Virus record (IMG/VR): IMGVR_UViG_3300042894_001948 | Reading direction: 5' to 3' (one strand) | Length of the DNA: 64,000 nt | Origin: a virus | Lineage: Duplodnaviria > Heunggongvirae > Uroviricota > Caudoviricetes | Shown here: piece by piece, positions 41,796 through 51,405 of the stretch | How positions within the stretch are numbered: position 1 is the first letter of the stretch | Layout: the number at the start of each line of letters is the position of its first letter | Program-made: the position numbers and the translations under genes | Notes under the pieces: generated by a model | The model's database searches: none | Told to the model about the DNA's origin: nothing | Seen by the model: only the letters and a program-made list of their open reading frames with translations

Positions 41796-43568
41796 ATGCT
41801 CTTAAGAGAATTATATGAACTAGACATTATAGAAGCTAGAACCAAACCGGCACAGAATCCAAAGGTATCTGCATATGAAAAACTTTTACCATATAAAGAT
41901 GACCCGGATATCTACATAACATTTACAAGTTTAAACAAAGCAGGTATAAACCCAAAGTCGGCGTTTAATACGCCTAATGGTGTTTATACCTTTCCGTTAG
42001 CATTAACCTGGGAAATGTATGAAGTAGACCGATATAAGGATTTTACTCAATATCCAGATTTTGTTGCTGGACGTCCGTACATACAAGTACTTAAATATAC
42101 CGGAGCAGGCAGATCACTAGTTATATCTAGCAACCCAAACACTTCTAACTATACTGAAGATGACTTAGAAAAAGATTTAGCTAAACTGCAAAAACAATAT
42201 CATCTTAGTGACGAAGCTATAGGCAGAAAGAAAACCAGTGCTACAGAATTCCAAGGTTACTATGACGGTACATTCCCAACACAAGGCCCTGCTGCGATAC
42301 TATGGACTGTTACTAGATCTATAGCTTATGATAAATTACACAAACGCAAAGAGTCTAGATCCGGCTACGATTACCAAGACGATAATAAAGACCCTGCAAC
42401 ACGCGTAACTAACGATTGGTCTTCTGTATTCCGCGGAATAGGCATTCAACTAGTAGTTGACGAATTTCATGCTGTTATACATGACGCAGAACCATGCCAG
42501 GCTGTGTTCTTTAGTTCAAAAGCATTTAAACATGTAGACACTGCCCTTGTTACTAGAAAACAAGAAAACAGATCAAAGTCTAAATCAATTGACATTGACC
42601 GCGTAATTGATTACACAGAAAGAAATGGCAGAGACGAAAAAGTAGAACAATACCTTTTAAAGTTTGCTTCCATAGGAGATTGCTTTACGTATTGGAATAA
42701 TGTACTAGAATTAGCAAGATGGCCAGGTTTTGAAGTTAGAATACTTAATGAAAACAATCAACCGATATTTAGAGAGTACGTTGGGCAGGTACAAGAACGC
42801 TGCCCAGAGATTGAACCTGAGATACTTAAAAGAATGCCATTCTCAAGTAATAGATATTCATATTTTTATGTTAGGGATAATGTTACTACTCCGTGGCCCG
42901 AAGCTGAACCTAGCATGCTAGAAAGCAACAATCCTGAACTATTAATTGACTACGCTACTAATGTACTTAAAAAACGTTGGCCCGCAGCTGAAGAAAAATT
43001 AGTAGAATGGTTACATCTTGATTTACTTGCCAGCTATTATGATCAAGTATCTGAACTAATCGAATACGCTAGACGATTTGGCTTAACTGATTGGCCAGCG
43101 TTAGCACAAGACATATTAGAATATAATCATCCCCATAAAGCACAACTAGCAGCACTATACGCAGCACGAGTAATGAACCAACGTTGGCCTGAGGCTGAAC
43201 CTATTATTAAAACCAATCTAGCAGTATGGGGCCAATACGCTGTTAAATTCCCTTCAGTGTTGGGTATAGAGAATACTGAAGATGTGAGCGGTTTTGAACA
43301 ATGGAGTGAGTACTTTAGCAAAAAAGGATCTACTGGAATTAATAGTCTAGATCCAACTCAAATAACTCCAGTAGTAATGCAAGCATACGTTACAATTGTT
43401 CCGAGAGCAATATTTCTGTTTGCTGTTCCCGTAATGATTGCTGCAGCTAGAGATCCGGCTATAGCTGACATAGTGTACAAAGGACTGCAAATGCATGGTA
43501 TGAATATTACACCTGAAGAGTTTCAAAAACGAGTTGATTCGCATAAAGCTAATACGGAAAATCAATGA
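41796..43568 (+). CDS. Putative head-packaged protein with WPxAEP helical repeats
   Basis: MLLRELYELDIIE leader; late promoter at 41761; repeated RWP(E/A)AE(P/E). Confidence 0.55.
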   Translation: MLLRELYELDIIEARTKPAQNPKVSAYEKLLPYKDDPDIYITFTSLNKAGINPKSAFNTPNGVYTFPLALTWEMYEVDRYKDFTQYPDFVAGRPYIQVLKYTGAGRSLVISSNPNTSNYTEDDLEKDLAKLQKQYHLSDEAIGRKKTSATEFQGYYDGTFPTQGPAAILWTVTRSIAYDKLHKRKESRSGYDYQDDNKDPATRVTNDWSSVFRGIGIQLVVDEFHAVIHDAEPCQAVFFSSKAFKHVDTALVTRKQENRSKSKSIDIDRVIDYTERNGRDEKVEQYLLKFASIGDCFTYWNNVLELARWPGFEVRILNENNQPIFREYVGQVQERCPEIEPEILKRMPFSSNRYSYFYVRDNVTTPWPEAEPSMLESNNPELLIDYATNVLKKRWPAAEEKLVEWLHLDLLASYYDQVSELIEYARRFGLTDWPALAQDILEYNHPHKAQLAALYAARVMNQRWPEAEPIIKTNLAVWGQYAVKFPSVLGIENTEDVSGFEQWSEYFSKKGSTGINSLDPTQITPVVMQAYVTIVPRAIFLFAVPVMIAAARDPAIADIVYKGLQMHGMNITPEEFQKRVDSHKANTENQ

Positions 43569-43660
43569 AACTAATAGATGGCGCTTTTTAAAACAATGAC
43601 AACACTTTGACCCTGCGAAGCAGGCGGTAAGCAAAAATTTATAACTTTAAATAGCCACTT

Positions 43661-43692
43661 AAAATAAAACCAGCAACAGCTGGTTTTATTTT
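43661..43692. terminator. Bidirectional terminator-like hairpin
   Basis: AAAATAAAACCAGC-aaca-GCTGGTTTTATTTT. Confidence 0.8.
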
Positions 43693-43838
43693 GGCCACCG
43701 GCCCAAAACTTTGTCCTTATGGTTAGGTCTCGGCCCTATATGGTGAATCCACTGTTTAGTCACTGTTTAGACGATTTAGGCGCACACAGTATTATCACCA
43801 TTTTTTAAGTTTTTGAAACCATTTGAACACCGTAGCGA

Positions 43839-44057
43839 TTATTGACTACGGTTGTTTATGGCTTCCCTAACTTCACTTATGGATGATTCCAGCCTTGAGA
43901 TTTGACGCGCTTGACGTTCTACCGTTTCCATTAGACGGTTGACTAGCGTATAGAGATGGCTAGAATCACTGTGCATAAACTTACTGCTACCATTTTCAAA
44001 CTCTATGCGGCCCGGGACTACGCTGTTCGGGACCGGCTCTTGATTATATTGTTCCAT
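43839..44057 (-). CDS. Small coiled-coil hypothetical protein
   Basis: GGAG RBS; 72 aa. Confidence 0.6.
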   Translation of the reverse strand: MEQYNQEPVPNSVVPGRIEFENGSSKFMHSDSSHLYTLVNRLMETVERQARQISRLESSISEVREAINNRSQ

Positions 44058-44113
44058 ATTAACTCCACTGTGTGTATACTGTATATATCACTGTAGAGAT
44101 CGTTACGGGCCGG

Positions 44114-44260
44114 ACTGTGAGCCCGAAAGGGTCCTAGGGGTCTAAAAAATTTCCCGCGCAAAAAATTTGAAACCGGAATTGTAGAGGAAGGGTGGCTTTT
44201 ACAGTGAGCCCAAAATGGGTCCTGTGGGGTTTAAAAAATTCTTGCGCTAAAATTTAGAAA
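44114..44260. repeat. Two imperfect ~60-bp direct repeats
   Basis: GTGAGCCC...GGGTCCT..GGGGT.TAAAAAATT...GCGC.AAAATTT at about 44114 and 44201. Confidence 0.75.
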
Positions 44261-44334
44261 GAAGTACTTACAGATTCAGAGGGGTGATTTCCTACCTATG
44301 GGGCTTTTTTTAGGAGTTGTTGCGTTTAAAAAAA

Positions 44335-44443
44335 TTTGTTGTTTTTTTACAACTATGCCGGCCGGCCGTTGTTTTTTTACAACATTTTGTTGTTTTTTTA
44401 CAACAATGTTGTTGTTGTTTTTTTACAACATTTTGTTGTTTTT
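44335..44443. repeat. GTTGTTTTTTTACAAC repeats (4 copies plus a partial)
   Basis: Each copy is a short inverted repeat GTTGT...ACAAC. Confidence 0.85.
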
Positions 44444-44546
44444 ATGCAATATACGCTAAATTGCGTTTAAATGCGCGTTATAGCGTTTTTTTATTTTAGT
44501 GCTACGTTAGCATTGCTTAAAGTTTTAACGCGCGTTAAAGCGCATT

Positions 44547-44703
44547 TATGCGCTTGCTATGCGCTTGCTATGCGCTTGCTATGCTATGCGCTTGCTATGC
44601 GCTTGCTATGCGCTTGCTATGCTATGCGCTTGCTATGCTATGCGCTTGCTATGCTATGCGCTTGCTATGCGCTTGCTATGCGCTTGCTATGCTATGCGCT
44701 TGC
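44547..44703. repeat. Tandem repeat (TATGCGCTTGC)x12 with five TATGC inserts
   Basis: Counted directly in the sequence. Confidence 0.95.
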
Positions 44704-45002
44704 TATATATAGCACTAAAAAAGCGCATTAAATGCAAGCTATGCGCAATAAATGCGCATTAGTTAAAATTATTTTTAACGTGTAAACTATTGTTTTTTAT
44801 ACACTTTTTTTTAAAATGCGTGTTTTATTGCGCTTTTTTTGTGCTATATAAAAAAAATAATTTTACATTTTTTTTTAACGTGCTAAACTATGCACAAGTT
44901 TTAAAAACAAGCATTATTTTAAAACTTATGCTTTTTAACAATTTAATTAAATCTCTTTGCACTATTTTGGTGCAAAGTAACACTACTTTAAAGGATATTA
45001 TC

Positions 45003-45434
45003 ATGTCAAATATTGCACAACAATCAGTCATCAATACACGCGCTAACGGTGCAAAATCAGTGCAAGGCGTAGGCGTATCTAAACACGCCCGCTTAGGTTA
45101 TAAAGCACGTTTTTCGGGCGAAGGTTTAACATGCGCCGCACGTTTTAACCACCTTAACAAAGTTAAGGAAAACGGCATACACGCGCATGATGAAGTGTTT
45201 ATGATGCAATTAAATCGTGCGGTGAGTGAATTAACTGCCGCACTATTCATGCGCAACCAATTCGATAAACGTGCTAATACATGCACTGAAAAGGGTTGGT
45301 ATAATGGTTATACTGAAAACCATTTAAATGCAATTATTGCATTTATTAACTCACACTCACAAAGTGCTATTGCACAAAGTGAGGGCGAATTAGAAGGATT
45401 GGACGTGGTAGAAAAAGAGGGTATTTTCGGCTAA
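45003..45434 (+). CDS. Early hypothetical protein, paralog of 52613-53020
   Basis: AAGGA RBS before ATG 45003; upstream TTTACA...TGCTAAACT promoter at 44862-44889. Confidence 0.7.
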   Translation: MSNIAQQSVINTRANGAKSVQGVGVSKHARLGYKARFSGEGLTCAARFNHLNKVKENGIHAHDEVFMMQLNRAVSELTAALFMRNQFDKRANTCTEKGWYNGYTENHLNAIIAFINSHSQSAIAQSEGELEGLDVVEKEGIFG

Positions 45435-45498
45435 CGCTCAATAATGGTGCATCATCATGGTGATGATGCACTTTTTTAACACATTAAGGAAATTAAAC

Positions 45499-45717
45499 AT
45501 GAAAGTATTACTAAGTAAAGATTTAATCGCACTCATTCAGAGCATGGACGAAAGCGAATATAATAACGAATTGCACTTAATCCGCACTGAAAATGGGATT
45601 GCAATAGGGTTATATGATACAGATACATTTAACGCTACATTGTACAAAGATGTATGCACGCTAGATAATGATGCACTAACAACGGGCATAATACCAATTA
45701 AGTTTTTGAATTTATAA
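45499..45717 (+). CDS. Hypothetical protein
   Basis: TAAGGA RBS; followed by a terminator. Confidence 0.7.
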   Translation: MKVLLSKDLIALIQSMDESEYNNELHLIRTENGIAIGLYDTDTFNATLYKDVCTLDNDALTTGIIPIKFLNL

Positions 45718-45724
45718 CAAATAT

Positions 45725-45753
45725 AGTGCAACTCGAAAGGGTTGCACTTTTTT
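45725..45753 (+). terminator. Intrinsic terminator
   Basis: AGTGCAACTC-gaaa-GGGTTGCACT followed by a T-run. Confidence 0.85.
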
Positions 45754-45920
45754 ATTTTGTTTTATAGCACTAAAACAGTGCATAATAAAACACATACTTA
45801 ACTCGTACCGTAATCGTATAGACCACGATGGCCGGTATCGATGTCAACCATTCGATATCAAATCGTTCCATTCTACTAATACCATTCATGCATCTACCAA
45901 TCCTTTCCACTGTGTCTTCT

Positions 45921-45998
45921 TCGGCATTCCGGTTTAGATATAATAAAAGCTATCGGCATTCCGGTTTAGATATAATAAAAGCTATCGGCATTCCGGTT
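45921..45998. repeat. 32-bp tandem repeat (2.4 copies) carrying TCGGCATTCCGGT
   Basis: Units start at 45921, 45953 and 45985. Confidence 0.9.
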
Positions 45999-46063
45999 GC
46001 ATAGTTTTTGTGTATCAGGCACCTAACCAGATGCCTGTTCAACCCTAGCCTGCCCGCACGATC

Positions 46064-46198
46064 CTACAGCGGGGCCTGATATCCTTTAACTCGTTTAACC
46101 TTTGTAATTAGTCTAGCGGCTGCATCACCGTGTGTCATCATTACACGCAGTTTGGTTGCGCTGGACATGTTATACATATATAATTTTTGTGTTAGCAT
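46064..46198 (-). CDS. Small 44-aa ORF (MLTQKLYMYN...YQAPL)
   Basis: Directly downstream of an early-type promoter at about 46229-46258; below the ORF-track cutoff. Confidence 0.45.
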   Translation of the reverse strand: MLTQKLYMYNMSSATKLRVMMTHGDAAARLITKVKRVKGYQAPL

Positions 46199-46841
46199 AT
46201 TGTTATAGTAAGTAAGTTAAAAAAATATATTATAGCAAGTAAACGCATAAAATGCAAGTATGTGTTTAACCGTGTAACCTTACAGCGGGGTCTTGATATA
46301 GCATGGTGATTCTTCTATATGGAATATCATACAATCCATACTAACTAGCGCAAAATTTGCGTGTAAGCTGTTTTGTTGTGTATAGTGCTATAGCTGTATT
46401 GCTTAGTGTATAAACGTGCTGTGTACATGCGTTAAAACGTAAATTTTACATATATTGTTTTAATATTGTGTAAGTATTACACGCATACAATAAAACGTGC
46501 TAAGTTACAGCGGGGTATTATAGCATATGGCATTTCGAATAGTCAAATAGAGTTTGTTTATCAACTACCAAGAGATCAAACTACCAAGAGTCTCCAGGGA
46601 CCGGAATACCGTTATGCCTAATAGAATTAAACAAAAGAAAAACCCCATATGTGTTATGCGGCACATACAGGGTTAAGTGGAGCGTGTGTATTCGGGTTGG
46701 TAGATAGAAATGTTAGTTAAGGTATCCGTACAGCGGGGTCAATGTGTGCTATACGTTTCAATATGGTCTAATGCTACAGCGGGGTCTTTTTGTAGTGTAC
46801 AAATGCAAGCACTTACAACAAGTGCTTGCATTGTTTGTTGT

Positions 46842-47201
46842 TTAATTAATTACAGTGTTTTTAACTTGTTTAACATACTTGTTAAACGTTTTTTTAGTTA
46901 CACACTTAATGTAAGCATTGTTAATATTTGCTTGCGTTAAGTTAGCATTTTGCGCAAGTGTTAGCGTATAACTTACACTGTAAGTGCTTGCAAAACAAAT
47001 ATTTGCAACAAAAGCGCGTGTTACATAGCATAAAACATAGTTTTTATTTGCTGTGTAAGTTACTTTTTTAGCGTGTTTTTGCTTTGTTGCTGTTACTTTG
47101 TTTGTTGCAACATAAGCATTAAGCACTTGCAGCATTGCTTGTTGCATTGCGTTATTACTGTTTTTTTGTGCTTGTTTGCACGTAGCTGTTATTGTTTGCA
47201 T
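46842..47201 (-). CDS. Basic early protein lacking D, E, G, P and W
   Basis: 119-aa ORF with its own promoter (47268-47296), leader hairpin and downstream hairpin (46802-46832). Confidence 0.7.
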   Translation of the reverse strand: MQTITATCKQAQKNSNNAMQQAMLQVLNAYVATNKVTATKQKHAKKVTYTANKNYVLCYVTRAFVANICFASTYSVSYTLTLAQNANLTQANINNAYIKCVTKKTFNKYVKQVKNTVIN

Positions 47202-47305
47202 AATATACACACTATAGTTAAATTGTTAAAAAGCGCGTGTTAAACGTTATTGCTTAACACGCTTTATATTATACGCTTGTTATTTTAAATTGCAAGCGTT
47301 TTTTA

Positions 47306-47488
47306 TTAATTAAATGCACCGCAAAATCCAACTATTGCAATAGCAAACGGAACCGCAACAATCATAAACTCCAAAGCTGTTACCACGTGATCCATAACGC
47401 CCGTTTGTGCCGCAGTGCTGTATTGTTGTTTATGCGCTTGCGCTTGTTTGTTTAAAAATTTTGTAACTTGTTGTTGTTTAGTTTGCAT
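47306..47488 (-). CDS. Small protein with C-terminal transmembrane segment
   Basis: Own promoter at 47541-47569; hydrophobic C-terminus. Confidence 0.65.
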   Translation of the reverse strand: MQTKQQQVTKFLNKQAQAHKQQYSTAAQTGVMDHVVTALEFMIVAVPFAIAIVGFCGAFN

Positions 47489-47612
47489 TGTAGTGTACTT
47501 TAGTAGTGTTAACAGTTAGCGTTATTGCTAACTTGTACATAGTATAGCATAGTAAAAACAAAATGCAAATTTATTTTACAAGTTTATATCCATGGGATCC
47601 GTTAGTGTTGCG

Positions 47613-47677
47613 GGACCGGAATGCCGATTATATCCCAGGACCGGAATGCCGATTATATCCCAGGACCGGAATGCCGA
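47613..47677. repeat. 25-bp tandem repeat with GGACCGGAATGCCGA x3
   Basis: Copies at 47613, 47638 and 47663. Confidence 0.9.
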
Positions 47678-47692
47678 ATAATGACATGCCAT

Positions 47693-47718
47693 AAAAAACG
47701 AGCACCAAAGTGCCCGTT
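47693..47718 (-). terminator. Intrinsic terminator (family member)
   Basis: Minus strand AACGGGCAC-tttg-GTGCTCGTTTTTT. Confidence 0.85.
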
Positions 47719-47731
47719 AGTTCACAAATCA

Positions 47732-47938
47732 CTACTTCGTGTTAGTCATATCGCTGTCCTTTGCCACGTCGCATCGTGTTGCATATCCTGTCAGTACACT
47801 TTCGTTCAGTCTGTCTAGTAGTCTTACTTCAACCATTCTAGCAGCTTGGCACTCCGCTTCTGTTTGGTATATCAGTGTGTTCTCAATTTCCTGTGCGCCA
47901 ATAAACATCATAACTTTCAAAACAAATAGCGTAGTCAT
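47732..47938 (-). CDS. Hypothetical protein
   Basis: GGAGA RBS. Confidence 0.6.
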   Translation of the reverse strand: MTTLFVLKVMMFIGAQEIENTLIYQTEAECQAARMVEVRLLDRLNESVLTGYATRCDVAKDSDMTNTK

Positions 47939-47952
47939 TGTTCGTTCTCCAA

Positions 47953-48126
47953 TTAGTCTACTAACGCGCTAGCTCTAAGCGCCACAAAGTCTGTATACTT
48001 CATTGTTTCTTTTGTTTCTCTGCGTTCGCGTAATATGGCATCCCGTGTGCGTTCAGCTTGTCTACGGCTTCGTGTATCAATTAGTCTTGCGCTCAATACT
48101 GCTGTATATTCTTGTACCGTTTTCAT
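47953..48126 (-). CDS. Hypothetical basic protein
   Basis: GGAGCG RBS before MKTVQEY. Confidence 0.6.
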   Translation of the reverse strand: MKTVQEYTAVLSARLIDTRSRRQAERTRDAILRERRETKETMKYTDFVALRASALVD

Positions 48127-48188
48127 CTTTACGCTCCAAATTATCATTAAGTTAGTTTGTTTGCACGTCCGTGTGCTCCGTGTTAGCT

Positions 48189-48488
48189 TTATAGTCCGTA
48201 CATTTCAGCTACGCTGTTTGCTACACGTCCGTCGGAGCCCCATTGTACTTTAATGCAACCCGGATGCTCATTGCCCAGTGCTGCTAACTTAGCAAGTGCC
48301 AATTCCCAAGTGTTTAACTTTTCCACAGGCTTCGGAGCATCAGCACTTGTAAAGTAGCTTGCTGGAACACCTTTGCGTTCCTTTACACTGCTTTTACTTG
48401 TTTTCACTTTACCGCCGTTAGCTATAAATTGTTGCACTGCATTGCTTGTTGCTGTGTTTTTTGCTTGCTTTGCTGTATTAGTAAACAT
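48189..48488 (-). CDS. Hypothetical early protein, paralog of 49722-49988
   Basis: FIANGGKVKT...TWELA matches FLATGGQIKT...TWEQA. Confidence 0.65.
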   Translation of the reverse strand: MFTNTAKQAKNTATSNAVQQFIANGGKVKTSKSSVKERKGVPASYFTSADAPKPVEKLNTWELALAKLAALGNEHPGCIKVQWGSDGRVANSVAEMYGL

Positions 48489-48702
48489 AATTTGCACGCT
48501 GTAGTAGTGTTAACAGTTAAGCGTTATTACTTAACTTGCACATAGTATAGCATAGTAAAAACATAATGCAAATTTATTTTACAAGTAATTTAACCGTGTG
48601 TTCATTTGTTATACTATTTGATATGCCGGTACATGTACACATATATACAGCGGGGTCTATTGGTAGTTCCTAGGACCGGAATGCCGAATAATAACATGCT
48701 AT

Positions 48703-48727
48703 AAAAAACGAGCACCGAAGTGCTCGT
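48703..48727 (-). terminator. Intrinsic terminator (family member)
   Basis: ACGAGCAC-ttcg-GTGCTCGT followed by a T-run on the minus strand. Confidence 0.9.
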
Positions 48728-48742
48728 CTTCATCAGCTTTTG

Positions 48743-49093
48743 TTACAATCCGCTACAGCACAAGCAATCATACACAAACACTGTGTTCTGTAATGCCACG
48801 TTGTTTATGTAGTCCACTAAGTCCGCGTGCTCCTCAACTTCCTCTATACACGCTTGTACCGCAGCATCGTCGTTCCATATGTCATCAGTTGCTGCCTTGT
48901 GCTCGTTGTATATCGCTGCTATCTTTAATACTATGTGTGTCGGATGTGTCGTTGTGCTCCACTCCTCCGCAAAGCCCTCGTCCGCCAACAGTGCCAACAC
49001 GCTCGTTTTGCTCGGATAGTACCCGGGCAATTTGCTTGTGTTTACGTTAATTGTGTTAATTGCGTTTTTTACTGCTGTGTTTAATGTTTGCAT
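48743..49093 (-). CDS. Hypothetical early protein
   Basis: Own promoter, leader hairpin and terminator; HPTHI motif also in 51100-51405 (HPAHI). Confidence 0.65.
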   Translation of the reverse strand: MQTLNTAVKNAINTINVNTSKLPGYYPSKTSVLALLADEGFAEEWSTTTHPTHIVLKIAAIYNEHKAATDDIWNDDAAVQACIEEVEEHADLVDYINNVALQNTVFVYDCLCCSGL

Positions 49094-49303
49094 AATATAC
49101 ACGCTATGTTTAGTTAACAGTTAAGCGTTATTGCTTAACTTGCACATAGTATAGCATAGTAAAAACAAAATGCAAATTTATTTTACAAGTTTGTATCCGT
49201 GTGGCCGCGTGTATGATATTCCGGCGAGTGATACATACGGAGATCTCCTAGGACCGGAATGCCGAATCATCACAGCACCGGAATGCCGGTTATAATACTG
49301 TTC

Positions 49304-49332
49304 AAAAAAACGAGCGCATCACTGCGCCCGTT
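49304..49332 (-). terminator. Intrinsic terminator (family member)
   Basis: AACGGGCGCA...TGCGCTCGTTTTTTT on the minus strand. Confidence 0.85.
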
Positions 49333-49343
49333 CCCCGGAGTTG

Positions 49344-49709
49344 TTACATTGCCATTACGTTGGCGTGTTGATGTTTCATACGCGTGATCATTGTTGGAAT
49401 GTCAATGCAGTACACTAAGTCATACACATCGCTTTCCGTTGTACTTACTGTTCCAACTAAACTTGTATAATGGAGTTGTTCGACTAGGGTTACTACCTCA
49501 GCGTGTCGGCAGTTAGTAGTTGCCGATACTTCATCTAACAACACTTTCGCAACTGTCTTACGATCTTTAGCATTGAGTCTGTGGAAGCCATCTGATAGTA
49601 GCCGGGACACCTCTTTGTTCTCTTGTATGGAGTTATGAATCGTGTCTAAGCTGTCGTTTACATTCGTTAAAAACTTAATATGGTTTTTCAATACTTTTTG
49701 GATAATCAT
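49344..49709 (-). CDS. Hypothetical protein
   Basis: GGAGC RBS before MIIQKV. Confidence 0.65.
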   Translation of the reverse strand: MIIQKVLKNHIKFLTNVNDSLDTIHNSIQENKEVSRLLSDGFHRLNAKDRKTVAKVLLDEVSATTNCRHAEVVTLVEQLHYTSLVGTVSTTESDVYDLVYCIDIPTMITRMKHQHANVMAM

Positions 49710-49721
49710 TTTATGCTCCAC

Positions 49722-49988
49722 TTATCGTTTAGCTTTAATTGCCGCTTGTACCTGTTTGTTTAGCAATCCAATTGCCGCCAACTCCTCTTTAGCTTGTTCC
49801 CATGTGTATCGTTGTTTCTCTACTACAACAACTTGGGGAGTATGGATTTGTGATACAGTAGTGCGTCCTCTGCGTCCTGTTTTAGTTGTTTTAATTTGTC
49901 CGCCGGTTGCTAAGAACATTGCTATACGAGCCGCTAACTCAGCTGCTTGTTGTTGTTTAACTTCGTTGTTCATAATACCTGTTGCCAT
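49722..49988 (-). CDS. Hypothetical early protein
   Basis: GGAGCG RBS. Confidence 0.65.
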   Translation of the reverse strand: MATGIMNNEVKQQQAAELAARIAMFLATGGQIKTTKTGRRGRTTVSQIHTPQVVVVEKQRYTWEQAKEELAAIGLLNKQVQAAIKAKR

Positions 49989-50209
49989 TATACACGCTCC
50001 GCTTTGTTAAAATCACACACAGTACATTCCTCGCCCCAAATGTCCTCACCGCTGTCTCCACAGCATTCGCATATACCTTCATACTCACAACACCAACATG
50101 GTTCATTGTTATCTGTTTCCATATTGTATAGTATACCAAGTCCGCCGCATGTTCTACATGTATCAACACGGCTTTGTTCGATTGCTTTAATATTATGTAC
50201 TTGTTGCAT
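49988..50209 (-). CDS. Small Cys-rich, probably zinc-binding protein
   Basis: CRTCGG, CWCC, CECCG, CTVC. Confidence 0.65.
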   Translation of the reverse strand: MQQVHNIKAIEQSRVDTCRTCGGLGILYNMETDNNEPCWCCEYEGICECCGDSGEDIWGEECTVCDFNKAERV

Positions 50210-50319
50210 TTGCGCTCCGTTTTGCTTTAATGTAAAAACATATTATACGCTATACACACGCGCATTGCAAGCACTTTTTATACCGTGTTGCCTGCGCGTG
50301 TGTATATGTACAGCGGGGC

Positions 50320-50724
50320 CTATGCAGCCACTGTGCTTATGTTATCCAGTGCGTCTGCATTAGCTCTGTAAATCATATGCCCGTGTCTCGTATGCTCAAT
50401 TACAATCCCGTTAGCCTCTGCCCACGCATCCAACTTAGCAGCTCGTAAACTCACTTTGTCCGCAAACTTTGGAGCACTCACTTTAACTGCAATAAAGCGT
50501 TGTCTGTAGTTCAAGTACACCTTACTGCGTATATACACATCCTCAATGCCAGCTAACAACGCTTCCCCAGCAAGTAATTGCTGTTCGCTGTACAAGCCTT
50601 CGTTTTCCTCGTTGCGTCGTTTAACATCTGCAAGCACTACATAAGCCGGCAGCTTGAACTCCTCGGTGTTGTTAGCTACTAATGCGTTAATTGCGTTTAG
50701 TGTATTGTTAAGTAATTTTTGCAT
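50320..50724 (-). CDS. Hypothetical early protein
   Basis: Own promoter and GGAGCG RBS. Confidence 0.7.
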   Translation of the reverse strand: MQKLLNNTLNAINALVANNTEEFKLPAYVVLADVKRRNEENEGLYSEQQLLAGEALLAGIEDVYIRSKVYLNYRQRFIAVKVSAPKFADKVSLRAAKLDAWAEANGIVIEHTRHGHMIYRANADALDNISTVAA

Positions 50725-50818
50725 AATGGCGCTCCGCTATTGTTTGTTTAGTTACACGTTAGCAATATTGCTAACGTGTTTGTATTATACATTGTTACTT
50801 GCAAATTGCAAGCAGTTT

Positions 50819-51013
50819 TTATCCTGCGTGTTCTACATACTCGCCACGCGCTACTGCGTCCGCAGCTTCAAGCTCCTCTTTATAGAACTTGTTGATAGCA
50901 TTGTTTGTTTCGAGATACGATTTGGAGTTTTTGGCTTGTGTACGCAATTGGCGTGTGAGCATGTTAATGTATTTGATACGCGCGGCGCTTGTGATGTAAA
51001 GTATTTTTGACAT
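50819..51013 (-). CDS. Hypothetical early protein
   Basis: Own promoter and leader hairpin. Confidence 0.6.
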   Translation of the reverse strand: MSKILYITSAARIKYINMLTRQLRTQAKNSKSYLETNNAINKFYKEELEAADAVARGEYVEHAG

Positions 51014-51099
51014 AGTAGTGTACGCTGTAGTTATAAGTTAGCTTAATTGCTAACTTGTACATATTATAGCAAACTAAAACTGGTATGTAAAGAACTTTG

Positions 51100-51405
51100 T
51101 TACTCGTTCTCCCATCCCATACTCAGCAACCAGTTACTCACAAACTCTGGATTCGCTATCAACATATCCGCATATGCTACTAAGTCCGGATGTTTCTTAA
51201 CAACGACCTTTTCAAACTTTGCTATCTGCTTTTCAAGATTCCACATCTTGTTATCACAGCTGTCAAACACTTCGCTTATCTGGTTGATGATGTGAGCCGG
51301 ATGGTCAACAGTGCCGTATTGCTCGATGTACTCGTCATCCAGTAACATGATTAAGATAGTTGAGGCTTTTGGCAAATGCGCTGGAGCTATAGTAAGTAGT
51401 GGCAT
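51100..51405 (-). CDS. Hypothetical early protein
   Basis: Own promoter and leader hairpin. Confidence 0.65.
   Translation of the reverse strand: MPLLTIAPAHLPKASTILIMLLDDEYIEQYGTVDHPAHIINQISEVFDSCDNKMWNLEKQIAKFEKVVVKKHPDLVAYADMLIANPEFVSNWLLSMGWENE

Noticed and set aside
1-43568. Many short antisense or out-of-frame ORFs in the track (e.g. 26551-26967, 28631-29047, 14820-15215)
   Set aside because: Shadows of well-supported genes
44317-45002. ORFs 44317-44499, 44471-44731, 44559-44762 and the N-terminal extension of 44790-45434
   Set aside because: They are translations of simple repeats and T-rich tracts without RBS; a better start is ATG 45003
43570-46800. tRNA genes in the long intergenic stretches
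   Set aside because: No cloverleaf with D- and T-loop consensus was recognised by eye; tRNAscan-SE would settle it
45921-47677. CRISPR-like appearance of the 32-bp and 25-bp repeats
   Set aside because: The intervening sequences are identical and short, there are no unique spacers, and no cas genes are present
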